A stretch of 64,000 nucleotides of DNA from Nitrospirota bacterium. GTDB taxonomy: Bacteria > Nitrospirota > Nitrospiria > JACQBW01. The notes under the pieces were generated by a model, which did no database searches, was not told the DNA's origin, and was given only the letters and a program-made list of their open reading frames with translations. Below, in pieces: positions 1-8,060 of the stretch; position 1 is the stretch's first letter, and every line of letters begins with the position of its first letter. The stretch is taken from positions 85,684 through 149,683 of the forward strand of contig JACQBW010000008.1 of assembly GCA_016194305.1 (NCBI GenBank). The letters run 5' to 3'. Position numbers and translations under genes: made by a program.

Positions 1-1
1 A

Positions 2-664
2 GTGATCGCGGATAGGATGGAATGGGAAAAATTTCCACTCGATGATTTCATCCGGCTCCCGATTGTGTATGCAGAGCTTTTCAATCGCATCGCCCTCTCC
101 CTCGAAAGAATGAAACGGGTTTTTGACAACAATCCTCTGACCCGGCTTCCGGGAAATACTTCTATTCAGCGGGCCATTCAGCTGGCTTTGGGTCAGGAGG
201 TGGCTGTCTGCTATCTCGATATCAATGATTTTAAACCGTACAACGATGTTTACGGATTTGCCCGGGGAGACGAAGTTATTAATATGGTCGCGCGGATTAT
301 TTCAAACGCGGTAAAACCGTATGGAGAAAAATGTTTTGCCGGTCATATCGGGGGTGATGATTTTGTTTTTATTACGCCGCTTGATGAGTCCGAAAAGATC
401 TGTCAGAAGATTATCGATCATTTCAATATGATTGTTTCGGATCTCTTTGGTGAAGAGGAGAAATCAAAAAGATTTTACATTGCCAAAAATAGAAAAGGAG
501 AGATTGAAAAGATTCCTCTCCTGGGACTTGCCATTGCTGTCATTCCGATGACCAATCCGGTTATGAATCATTACGGCAAGGTGGCAGAGTCGGCCGCGTC
601 CCTCAAAAAACTCGCAAAGCGATCCAACGGAAGCCGATATGTTGTTGAAAGGCGGTCTAGTTAG
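2..664 (+). CDS. GGDEF-domain protein (diguanylate cyclase-like), probably 5'-truncated by the window edge
   Basis: NPLTRLPGN, YLDINDFKPYND.YG..GD and GHIGGDDF motifs. Confidence 0.85.
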   Translation: MIADRMEWEKFPLDDFIRLPIVYAELFNRIALSLERMKRVFDNNPLTRLPGNTSIQRAIQLALGQEVAVCYLDINDFKPYNDVYGFARGDEVINMVARIISNAVKPYGEKCFAGHIGGDDFVFITPLDESEKICQKIIDHFNMIVSDLFGEEEKSKRFYIAKNRKGEIEKIPLLGLAIAVIPMTNPVMNHYGKVAESAASLKKLAKRSNGSRYVVERRSS

Positions 665-698
665 GCAACTTTCTTTTTGCCCACCGGCAATTTTTACC
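664..698. promoter_or_regulatory. Candidate enhancer (GGCAA-N3-TTRCC-like pair) about 100 bp upstream of the flgF sigma54 promoter
   Basis: GGCAACTTT at 664 and GGCAATTTTTACC at 686-698; a near-identical motif lies upstream of flgB. Confidence 0.45.
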
Positions 699-792
699 CA
701 GTTACACCCGCAGGCATCCATCCTGATAGCAGATTTCTCTAAATTTAGTCCCTCATTTCGACCAATTTCACATCCTGTATAATATAACTCCC

Positions 793-809
793 TTGGCACA
801 TCAATTGCA
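793..809 (+). promoter_or_regulatory. sigma54 (-24/-12) promoter of the flgF operon
   Basis: TTGGCACATCAATTGCA, exact GG-N10-GC spacing. Confidence 0.85.
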
Positions 810-851
810 TTATCTGGGATCGTATTGCCTTATATTGTATTTTTTTAATTT

Positions 852-969
852 AGGTTGTTCAAATAGTTCAGGGGGAAGGCCCAGGAACGAGGCAACTGGA
901 GTGTACTTAACACGTACATGAGGATTGCCGAGAGACGAGAACGCATCAGCTGGATAATTTCAACAAACT
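852..969. repeat. About 120-bp fold-back intergenic element, family A, copy 1
   Basis: Imperfect terminal IR AGGTTGTTCAAA/TTTCAACAAACT; internal GGCAA..TGTAC-loop-GTACA..TTGCC stems; CGAGAACG motif shared with 1739, 20356 and 21588. Confidence 0.75.
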
Positions 970-985
970 ACTAAGGAATAAAATA

Positions 986-1717
986 ATGGATGCACTATAC
1001 CCCGTCCTATCAGGAGCCCTGACGCAAGAGAAGAATCTCGAGGTAATCACCAATAACCTTGCGAATCTGAATAGTAGCGGGTTTAAAAAAGACTTTCCAA
1101 TTCTTTCCGCCCTGGATCCTCTTGGATTTGATCAGCCGAATTTAAATGGCGGGAAAGATCCTCTTCCGACCTATGGATTTTTAGACGGAATCAGTACCGA
1201 TTTCTCGCCAGGCGTCATAAAACAGACAGGCGAACCGCTCGACGTGGCCATCGACGGAGAGAACTTTTTATCAGTTCAGACGCCTGCGGGGGTTCGTTAT
1301 ACCCGAAATGGGAGCCTTAGCCTTAATTCTGAAGGCCAGATCGTGACACAAAGTGGCTACCCGGTTTTAGGATCTTCCGGTCCGATTACTCTCCCCCCTG
1401 GGAGAGTGAATATCGATGACGAAGGGAGAGTCTCGGTGGAAGGGATAGAAATCGATTCCTTTCAATTGGTCCAGTTTGGCGATTTGAAAAGTCTGAAAAA
1501 GATGGAGGGCACCTTGTTTGAGGCCTTCGGCGTGACAGCGACCCCTGCGATAGAAAAGAGAGTGCAACAAGGGTTCCTGGAAGGTTCGAATGTCAATCCG
1601 GTAGAAGAGATGGTGGCGATGATTCGAATCATGAGACTCTACGAAGCCTCACAGAAGGTGATTCAAAGCACGGATGAAATGGCTTCAAAAGCATCAAACG
1701 ATCTGGGAAAAGTATAA
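986..1717 (+). CDS. flgF: Flagellar basal-body rod protein FlgF
   Basis: NNLAN..GFKKD N-terminus, TGEPLDVAIDG, YTRNG, LEGSNVN..EEM; precedes flgG. Confidence 0.9.
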   Translation: MDALYPVLSGALTQEKNLEVITNNLANLNSSGFKKDFPILSALDPLGFDQPNLNGGKDPLPTYGFLDGISTDFSPGVIKQTGEPLDVAIDGENFLSVQTPAGVRYTRNGSLSLNSEGQIVTQSGYPVLGSSGPITLPPGRVNIDDEGRVSVEGIEIDSFQLVQFGDLKSLKKMEGTLFEAFGVTATPAIEKRVQQGFLEGSNVNPVEEMVAMIRIMRLYEASQKVIQSTDEMASKASNDLGKV

Positions 1718-1738
1718 ATAAAGGAGTTAAACAATTCT

Positions 1739-1856
1739 GGACGTTGAGAAAAGGCCATAGGCAAGACCGCAGAATCGAGGCGAGGGAAGCGTATGTGGTT
1801 ATACGTTGACGAGGCCGAGATTCGAGAACGATGCATAGGGTCTTTTATCAACGGAC
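1739..1856. repeat. About 120-bp fold-back intergenic element, family A, copy 2
   Basis: IR GTTGAGAAAAGGCC/GGTCTTTTATCAAC; GCAAGACCGCAG, CGTAT-loop-ATACG and CGAGAACG. Confidence 0.75.
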
Positions 1857-1871
1857 AACATAGGAGAAAAG

Positions 1872-2654
1872 ATGAATGCATTGAGTATTGCCAGCACCGG
1901 CATGTCCGCCCAACAGCTCGCTGTAGAAACGATCGCCAATAATTTGGCGAACATGTCAACAATCGGGTTTAAAAAGAGTGTTAATGAATTTCAAGATCTC
2001 ATGTACCAGACGGTCAGGGCGGCTGGCACTTCAACCGGCACAGGGACGCTTCCCGTTGGTTTGCAGATTGGAACCGGGGTGAAACCGGTATCCATTCATA
2101 AGATTTTTGCCCAGGGAGATTTCCAACATACCCAGAGTCCTCTGGATATTGCAATTCAGGGAGACGGATTCTTGCAGGTGACCCTGCCGGACGGAACAAC
2201 GGCCTATACCAGAGATGGAGCCCTCAAGACCGACTCAAACGGCAATCTGGTCACCGCGGATGGGTATCAGATTCTTCCCGCCATGACCGTTCCCAATGAT
2301 GCTCAGACTATTTCCATTTCGCCTCAGGGTGTTCTTTCTGTCGTTCGTGCAGGAAGTTCCACTCCGGTCCAGATCGGCACAATCGATCTGGCCCGATTTG
2401 CCAATCCTGCAGGATTGAATAGCCTCGGACAAAATTTGTTTAAACCGACGTTAGGCTCAGGTGATGCTCTGACCGGTGCTCCCGGTGCGACCGGATTTGG
2501 AACGCTTCTGCAAGGTTCACTCGAAAATTCCAACGTCAACATTGCGGAAGAGATGGTGAATATGATCGTGGCTCAGAGAGCTTACGAAGTGAATTCAAAA
2601 GCGATTCAGACGTCGGATGATATGTTAGGCGTAGTCAATAATCTGAAGAGATAA
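1872..2654 (+). CDS. flgG: Flagellar basal-body rod protein FlgG
   Basis: 260 aa; FQDLMYQ, GLQIGTGV, AQRAYEVNSKAIQTSD. Confidence 0.95.
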   Translation: MNALSIASTGMSAQQLAVETIANNLANMSTIGFKKSVNEFQDLMYQTVRAAGTSTGTGTLPVGLQIGTGVKPVSIHKIFAQGDFQHTQSPLDIAIQGDGFLQVTLPDGTTAYTRDGALKTDSNGNLVTADGYQILPAMTVPNDAQTISISPQGVLSVVRAGSSTPVQIGTIDLARFANPAGLNSLGQNLFKPTLGSGDALTGAPGATGFGTLLQGSLENSNVNIAEEMVNMIVAQRAYEVNSKAIQTSDDMLGVVNNLKR

Positions 2655-2714
2655 GAGCATTCTGTTAAGAGGTCGCATGGTTGTTTCATTAATCTGGAAA
2701 GGAAAAATGGAATA

Positions 2715-3446
2715 ATGAGGAAAGGAATAAGACTCCTGATATCACTGTTCTGCCTCGTTTCATTAGGCTATCTGGTCGGCAATGCCGCCGAAAGCTCAGA
2801 AATGGCTAATGCAAAGGAAATCAAAGAGTTGATTCAGCACTATATCGGAACTCGGCTTGCAATCTCTCCGCTTGAGATTGAGGTCCATCTGCTGGGAGAG
2901 TTGGGCGATACTCGAAAAGGAATTGCCGCGTCTCCTCATTTGGCCGTGCGGGAATCTAACGGGACCTCGCTATTAGGAAACGGAATGTTCTTACTCGTAT
3001 CGGAAGAATCTACCGAGAAGGTTCCGCCCCTCTGGGTAAACGTGAGAAGCGAATGGGTCCATCCGGCAGTTGTCGCGGCCAGATTTCTAAAGAAAAATCA
3101 GATCGTTAGCCTGGAGGACCTTACAATTCAAACAGTTCACTCTGATCAACCAGGTGATTACCTTTCACAAATAAGCGACCTGATCGGAAAAAGGGTTGTC
3201 CTGCAGGAACGGGCCGGAACCGTCATGACCCGCGATATGGTTCAGAATCCCCCTCTTTTTTATCAGGGTGAAAGGGTAACCCTTCTGGTTGAGACCGGCC
3301 ATCTAAAGATCATGGCTTCGGGAAAAGCACTGGAAGACGGGTATAAGGGAAAATCGGTTTCTGTATTAAATCTCGATTCGCACAGAACGGTTTTCGGAGA
3401 ACCGTTGGATGGAGCGACCGTTAAAGTGAGCCTCGGCCGGGACTAA
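2715..3446 (+). CDS. flgA: Flagellar P-ring chaperone FlgA
   Basis: Signal peptide, SAF-like region, C-terminal GKALEDG..G..V.V.N.DS; position between flgG and flgH. Confidence 0.85.
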   Translation: MRKGIRLLISLFCLVSLGYLVGNAAESSEMANAKEIKELIQHYIGTRLAISPLEIEVHLLGELGDTRKGIAASPHLAVRESNGTSLLGNGMFLLVSEESTEKVPPLWVNVRSEWVHPAVVAARFLKKNQIVSLEDLTIQTVHSDQPGDYLSQISDLIGKRVVLQERAGTVMTRDMVQNPPLFYQGERVTLLVETGHLKIMASGKALEDGYKGKSVSVLNLDSHRTVFGEPLDGATVKVSLGRD

Positions 3447-3478
3447 AAAAGTTTTAAAATATTAAAAGGATTACATCG

Positions 3479-4222
3479 ATGTTACACAATAGATTTTCGT
3501 CCCTCTTACATCTTGCCCCTATCCGAATAGTCCTCTTTCTGTTGGTTCTATACGTTGCCGGATGTGCTCCATATCCCTGGTCCAATTTAAGAGGGCAAAG
3601 CCCAAGGCCCCTTCATCCGGTCGTCGAAAAAACGGCGCAAACGTCCGGAGAAAAAACAGTCCTGATCCCACAAGAGAAGACAGAGGGGTCGTTATGGAAA
3701 GCAAGCCAGTCGAAAGCCTATCTTTTTCAGGATCCTAAAGCACGTCAGATTGGCGATATTGTAAGAGTTCAAATCATTGAAAATGCAACTGGATCAAAGA
3801 ACGCGGTCACCAAGACCTTGAAAACGTCTACAGCAACGGGAAGTACCGGAGCGACTCTGGGACTCCCTGGAAATACGACAAGCAATCTCGGAGTCACCGG
3901 CTCCTATGCCGATAACTTTGATGGCGAAGGTTCGACGACACGAAATCAGGCTTTAACGGCTGTGGTACCGGCAGAGGTGACCGATGTTTTGCCGAACGGA
4001 AATTTGGTGTTATACGGCCGAAGAGAAGTCGTTATTAATAGTGAAAAAACTTTAATCTCACTGACCGGGATGATTCGTCCGGAAGATATCGGTTCCCAAA
4101 ATACCATCTTATCGACCTCCATGTCAGACGCCAAAATTGAATATACCGGACGCGGTGTCATTTCCGACAAAAACCAGCCGGGGTGGTTGGTCCGCCTGAT
4201 GAACTGGTTCTGGCCGTTTTAA
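3479..4222 (+). CDS. flgH: Flagellar L-ring protein FlgH
   Basis: Lipobox VAGC, LFQDPKARQIGD, VLPNGNL, RPEDI, C-terminal PGWL..WPF. Confidence 0.95.
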   Translation: MLHNRFSSLLHLAPIRIVLFLLVLYVAGCAPYPWSNLRGQSPRPLHPVVEKTAQTSGEKTVLIPQEKTEGSLWKASQSKAYLFQDPKARQIGDIVRVQIIENATGSKNAVTKTLKTSTATGSTGATLGLPGNTTSNLGVTGSYADNFDGEGSTTRNQALTAVVPAEVTDVLPNGNLVLYGRREVVINSEKTLISLTGMIRPEDIGSQNTILSTSMSDAKIEYTGRGVISDKNQPGWLVRLMNWFWPF

Positions 4223-4246
4223 TTGTTTGTAATAGGAGAATGTTGC

Positions 4247-5500
4247 ATGAAGGCATGTATCATAGTACCCCCCTCTGAATTTTTAGATGATGATAAAGTA
4301 TTTCCGGCTTTGGGGCCCTGGTATATCAAGCGATATGTCGAAGAGAACTCCATTCACCAGGTCGATGTTTTGACAAATCCTCCGTTCGCCTATTTAGAAA
4401 GATATGATGTGGTTGGATTCAGCGTGACAACGCCTCAATATAATTATGTCGACAGGATTTTGAAGGATCTTCCAACAGGGATGACCACCGTATTGGGAGG
4501 TCCACATTGTCGTACTTATACGGTTGAACCGGGGACTTTCACACATGTCATTAGAGAAGATGGATGCAAACCTTTTCTGAATATCTTAAACGGGAATGAA
4601 CCTGGTAAAGAATCGGACGACAATGACCAGCTTCCCCACAGAGACATGACCTACCATGAATATAAATATGTTTTAGATGGCCGAAAATCGACTAATGTAA
4701 TTACCAGCAGAGGGTGTCCTCTATTGTGTTCTTTTTGCGAACATGCGAGGACGCCGGGTAGATTTAAAAGCAAAAAAGCGGTTGCGAAGGAAATTCAGGA
4801 ATGCAAGGATCTGGGGTTTGAAGGAGTGATGTTTTTTGATGACCTGTTCTGTTTGAATACCCAGCGGGTACGGGATATGTGCGAGGTCATCAAGCCACTC
4901 GATATCAAATTTAGATGTTTTGCACATGCTTTAAGTTTCAACAGGAAAATGGCAGAGCTCCTGGCAGGTGCGGGATGTGTTGAAATCGGTTTTGGCGCTG
5001 AGCATGCGTCGCAAAAAATATTGGATAACGTCAATAAAAAGACCAAAGCGATCCAGAACTATCAGTTGATCGAAAGAGCACATGAGTTTGGTCTCCGAGT
5101 CAAAGCATTCCTGATGATCGGACTCCCAGGAGAAGACCATGAGACCGTTAAAGAGTTGGAACAATTTGTCTTGAACTCCAATGTTGATGACTTCGACCTC
5201 TGTGTTTACTATCCTTTTGTCGGTACCGAGATTGCTGACTATCCTGAGAAGTTTGACATACAGATCAAAGATGATCAGAGTGGGGCCTATTATAAAGGAA
5301 AGCTGGGGTCCTCTTCGGTAATCGTTCGGACAGAAGCACTATCTTCTGAAGAGATCAAATATTGGCAAAAGAGGATCTATTCTCATAATAAGAGATGGAA
5401 AGGGGGAATGAAGTCCACGCTTGGAATTAAAATTGTGGATGAACCCTCTGCCGCAGATGTTTGCAGTTCCAGTAATGTGAATGGGTTCCCAGCAATTTAG
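4247..5500 (+). CDS. B12-binding-domain radical SAM protein (BchE/class B methylase-like architecture)
   Basis: DVVGFS.TT and VLGGPH cobalamin-domain motifs; TSRGCPLLCSFC (CxxxCxxC); FFDDLF; AGC..IGFGAE; ATG 4247 has an AGGAG RBS. Confidence 0.88.
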   Translation: MKACIIVPPSEFLDDDKVFPALGPWYIKRYVEENSIHQVDVLTNPPFAYLERYDVVGFSVTTPQYNYVDRILKDLPTGMTTVLGGPHCRTYTVEPGTFTHVIREDGCKPFLNILNGNEPGKESDDNDQLPHRDMTYHEYKYVLDGRKSTNVITSRGCPLLCSFCEHARTPGRFKSKKAVAKEIQECKDLGFEGVMFFDDLFCLNTQRVRDMCEVIKPLDIKFRCFAHALSFNRKMAELLAGAGCVEIGFGAEHASQKILDNVNKKTKAIQNYQLIERAHEFGLRVKAFLMIGLPGEDHETVKELEQFVLNSNVDDFDLCVYYPFVGTEIADYPEKFDIQIKDDQSGAYYKGKLGSSSVIVRTEALSSEEIKYWQKRIYSHNKRWKGGMKSTLGIKIVDEPSAADVCSSSNVNGFPAI

Positions 5501-5509
5501 AGGAGAAAA

Positions 5510-6643
5510 ATGGAAGAATGGTTAAATAAAATTGCAATGACAGGTAACGCGGTAATGGTGGTTTGTTTGTTAATTATTTCTATGTTTGCCTTTCCATCCG
5601 AGGCGGCCCGAATCAAGGACATTACGTCTATTGAGGGGGTACGCGAGAACTCCCTAATCGGATATGGTCTGGTCATCGGCCTGAATGGAACGGGAGATAA
5701 AGCGGGAACGGTATTTACCCTTCAGTCTCTTACCAATATGTTAAATAAAATGGGGCTTCTGGTCGACCCCTCCGCAGTGAAAGTTAAGAATGTCGCTGCG
5801 GTGGTCGTTACGGCCAAACTCCCGCCGTTTAATCGCCCGGGAAGCCATATCGATGTTTCGGTTTCATCGCTGGGCGATGCGAGTTCCCTTCAGGGCGGAA
5901 CGCTTCTAATGACGCCTTTGAAGGGGCCTGATCAGGAGACCTATGCTGTAGCTCAAGGACCAGTTTCAATCGGCGGATTTATCGGAGGCAAAGATGGCGA
6001 TACGGTTCAAAAAAATCATCCGACTGCGGGACGTGTTCCGGGAGGTGCCACCGTTGAAAAGGAGGTTAAACTGGAGTTGGGTGAAAAGGATTTTCTGATG
6101 CTGATGTTGAATCAGCAAGATTTTACAACCGCGATGAAGGTATCCCAAGTGATCAACGCCGGTTTACAGGACACTTTTGCTTCGGCTGTCGATTCCGACA
6201 CGATCCAGGTCAAAGTACCCGATTCCTATAAAGGGAAGGTGGTTGAACTCCTGGCCGCGATCGAAAGTCTGGATGTTCAGGTTGATGTGACAGCTAAAGT
6301 GGTTGTGAACGAAAGAACGGGGACCATTGTCATGGGAGATCAGGTTCGTATTTCGGATATTGGCATTTCCCATGGAAACCTGATCATTCGGGTTAAAACG
6401 GAGCTTCAAGTCTCGCAACCCTCACCTCTTGGTCCATCCAGTTCAAAGACGGTTGTGGTTCCAAAACAGAAGACCACTGTTACTGAAGAAGAAGCGAGAA
6501 TAACCGTGGTGAAAGGGGGAGCAACCATCGGCGAAGTGGTCAATGCGCTGAATGCAATCGGCGTGACTCCGAGGGATCTGATCGCCATTTTACAGGCCAT
6601 GAAGGCAGCAGGAGCCCTGCAGGCTGAATTGGAGATCTTGTAA
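5510..6643 (+). CDS. flgI: Flagellar P-ring protein FlgI
   Basis: RIKDI..GVREN.LIGYGLVIGLNGTGD; VVNERTGTIVMG; LQAMKAAGALQAEL. Confidence 0.96.
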   Translation: MEEWLNKIAMTGNAVMVVCLLIISMFAFPSEAARIKDITSIEGVRENSLIGYGLVIGLNGTGDKAGTVFTLQSLTNMLNKMGLLVDPSAVKVKNVAAVVVTAKLPPFNRPGSHIDVSVSSLGDASSLQGGTLLMTPLKGPDQETYAVAQGPVSIGGFIGGKDGDTVQKNHPTAGRVPGGATVEKEVKLELGEKDFLMLMLNQQDFTTAMKVSQVINAGLQDTFASAVDSDTIQVKVPDSYKGKVVELLAAIESLDVQVDVTAKVVVNERTGTIVMGDQVRISDIGISHGNLIIRVKTELQVSQPSPLGPSSSKTVVVPKQKTTVTEEEARITVVKGGATIGEVVNALNAIGVTPRDLIAILQAMKAAGALQAELEIL

Positions 6644-6936
6644 TGGATTTCATTGACGCTGTCTCCCATTCAACCGCTCAACCCGTTAGTCCTTCAACGA
6701 GTTCCAGAGAAGACAAAAAGGTTACCGAAGCTTCTCAAGGTTTCGAGGCCTATTTTATACAGCAGATGTTACAGGAGATGAGAAAAACGATACCGAAAAC
6801 AGAAAGACCGGGTTTTGGGAGTGCCATTTATGAGTCCATGATGGACCAGGCGCTGGCTCAAAATATGTCAGAGCATTCCGGAATAGGTTTAGCGAAGCAA
6901 ATTCGTGAGACGTTAGAAGCGAGAAACAAGAAGTAA
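6643..6936 (+). CDS. flgJ: Short FlgJ (rod-binding domain only)
   Basis: FEAYFIQQMLQEMRKT..MMDQALA..GIGLA; no muramidase domain. Confidence 0.88.
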   Translation: MDFIDAVSHSTAQPVSPSTSSREDKKVTEASQGFEAYFIQQMLQEMRKTIPKTERPGFGSAIYESMMDQALAQNMSEHSGIGLAKQIRETLEARNKK

Positions 6937-6952
6937 GGGATAGATCTCCCCC

Positions 6953-6980
6953 TAAAGTTTTTTGTCAGATCGGCCGATAA
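6953..6980 (+). promoter_or_regulatory. sigma28 (FliA) promoter of flgM
   Basis: TAAAGTTT-N12-GCCGATAA. Confidence 0.8.
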
Positions 6981-7056
6981 GTTATTGAATAGGATATCCG
7001 AAGGTTCTGAATAACAGAACTTATTGATTTTAAATGAATTTAGGAGAATTTGACCA

Positions 7057-7389
7057 ATGAGAATCTCTGATAATCACCCCAACTCCATGCTGGAAAAATA
7101 TCTCCTGGGTGCCGAATCTCCCAAAAAACCGAAAGGGGTCCAAGAGAGTTCATCTGAACTTGGGAGCTTTTCTGTGGCAGATTCGGTTGTATCAGATTCG
7201 GTTCAGATTTCGCCTGAGGGCCAGGAGATTGTAAGACTTCATCAGAATGTTGCTTTAGCCCCCGATCTTTCTGCGGTCAAAGCGTCTGAAATTCAGAAGC
7301 AGATATCCGACGGTACTTATTCCATTGACCCCAAACAAGTGGCAAAAAGCCTGGTTAAAGAGACGATTCTCAATCATCTATTATCGTAA
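7057..7389 (+). CDS. flgM: Anti-sigma28 factor FlgM
   Basis: DSVQIS and I..GTYSID...VAKSL motifs; position between flgJ and flgN. Confidence 0.85.
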   Translation: MRISDNHPNSMLEKYLLGAESPKKPKGVQESSSELGSFSVADSVVSDSVQISPEGQEIVRLHQNVALAPDLSAVKASEIQKQISDGTYSIDPKQVAKSLVKETILNHLLS

Positions 7390-7413
7390 TTTGAATTCAT
7401 AAAGGAAAAACAG

Positions 7414-7926
7414 ATGTCTCCTTCTTCGCTCGACGTTCTTCTCATCAAATTTTATTCCACCCTCGGTGAGATGACGAAAGGTTACCAGCAATTCATGTCC
7501 ATTTTGCAAAAAGAAAAAAGCCTGATTATCGAAGGCAACAGCGAGGAGCTGATTACCTGCCTCCTACAGAAAGAAGGGGTAATCTCTTACTTAAATGGAT
7601 TGGAATCGAAACGGGAAGCAGAGATTGAAGAGATCGGGCGTGCGCTGGGATTGACTTCTCGTCCGCTGACTTTTGTCATGCTGATCGATGCGGTGAAGGA
7701 ACCCTTCAAAAGCAAATTTATTTCTTGTAAGGCAGGCCTGGAAGCATTGACTGCAAGTATGATTGAAGTCAATCAGATCAACGGACTTCTGGTTGAACGG
7801 ACACTTCGAAAGATTACTGATCTGATCGGCTTAATAAATCAGATTTCGGCGGTTCCGATCACTTATTCCTCAAATGGCGTCGCCAATGCTTTTCCTGCGA
7901 AAGGGAGAAGTCTCGCGAGAACGTAG
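7414..7926 (+). CDS. flgN: Flagellar export chaperone FlgN
   Basis: Helical protein with N..NG.L and C-terminal TY..NG; position between flgM and flgK. Confidence 0.8.
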   Translation: MSPSSLDVLLIKFYSTLGEMTKGYQQFMSILQKEKSLIIEGNSEELITCLLQKEGVISYLNGLESKREAEIEEIGRALGLTSRPLTFVMLIDAVKEPFKSKFISCKAGLEALTASMIEVNQINGLLVERTLRKITDLIGLINQISAVPITYSSNGVANAFPAKGRSLART

Positions 7927-7944
7927 TTTAGAAAAGGGTAAAAA

Positions 7945-8045
7945 CCTGTTAAATCGTGGAATGGTTAAGTTGTTGAATTAGAAAAAAGAGTGGGCACTTC
8001 GATTTAACATTTCAACTGTTTAACAGTTCAACAAAGCAACACAGG
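7945..8045. repeat. Octamer-array fold-back element, family B, copy 1
   Basis: Left arm TGTTAAAT CGTGGAAT GGTTAAGT TGTTGAAT; right arm ATTTAACA TTTCAACT GTTTAACA GTTCAACA AAGCAACA. Confidence 0.7.
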
Positions 8046-8060
8046 TATTGGAAAGGAACA

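Noticed and set aside
852..969. c-di-GMP riboswitch in the flgF leader
   Set aside because: I could not see the class I/II consensus; the sequence recurs at a convergent 3' junction, which fits a repeat better.
7018..7030. IHF-like sites near the sigma28 promoters (also near 16577)
   Set aside because: Each mismatches the consensus and lies in AT-rich DNA; not supportable alone.
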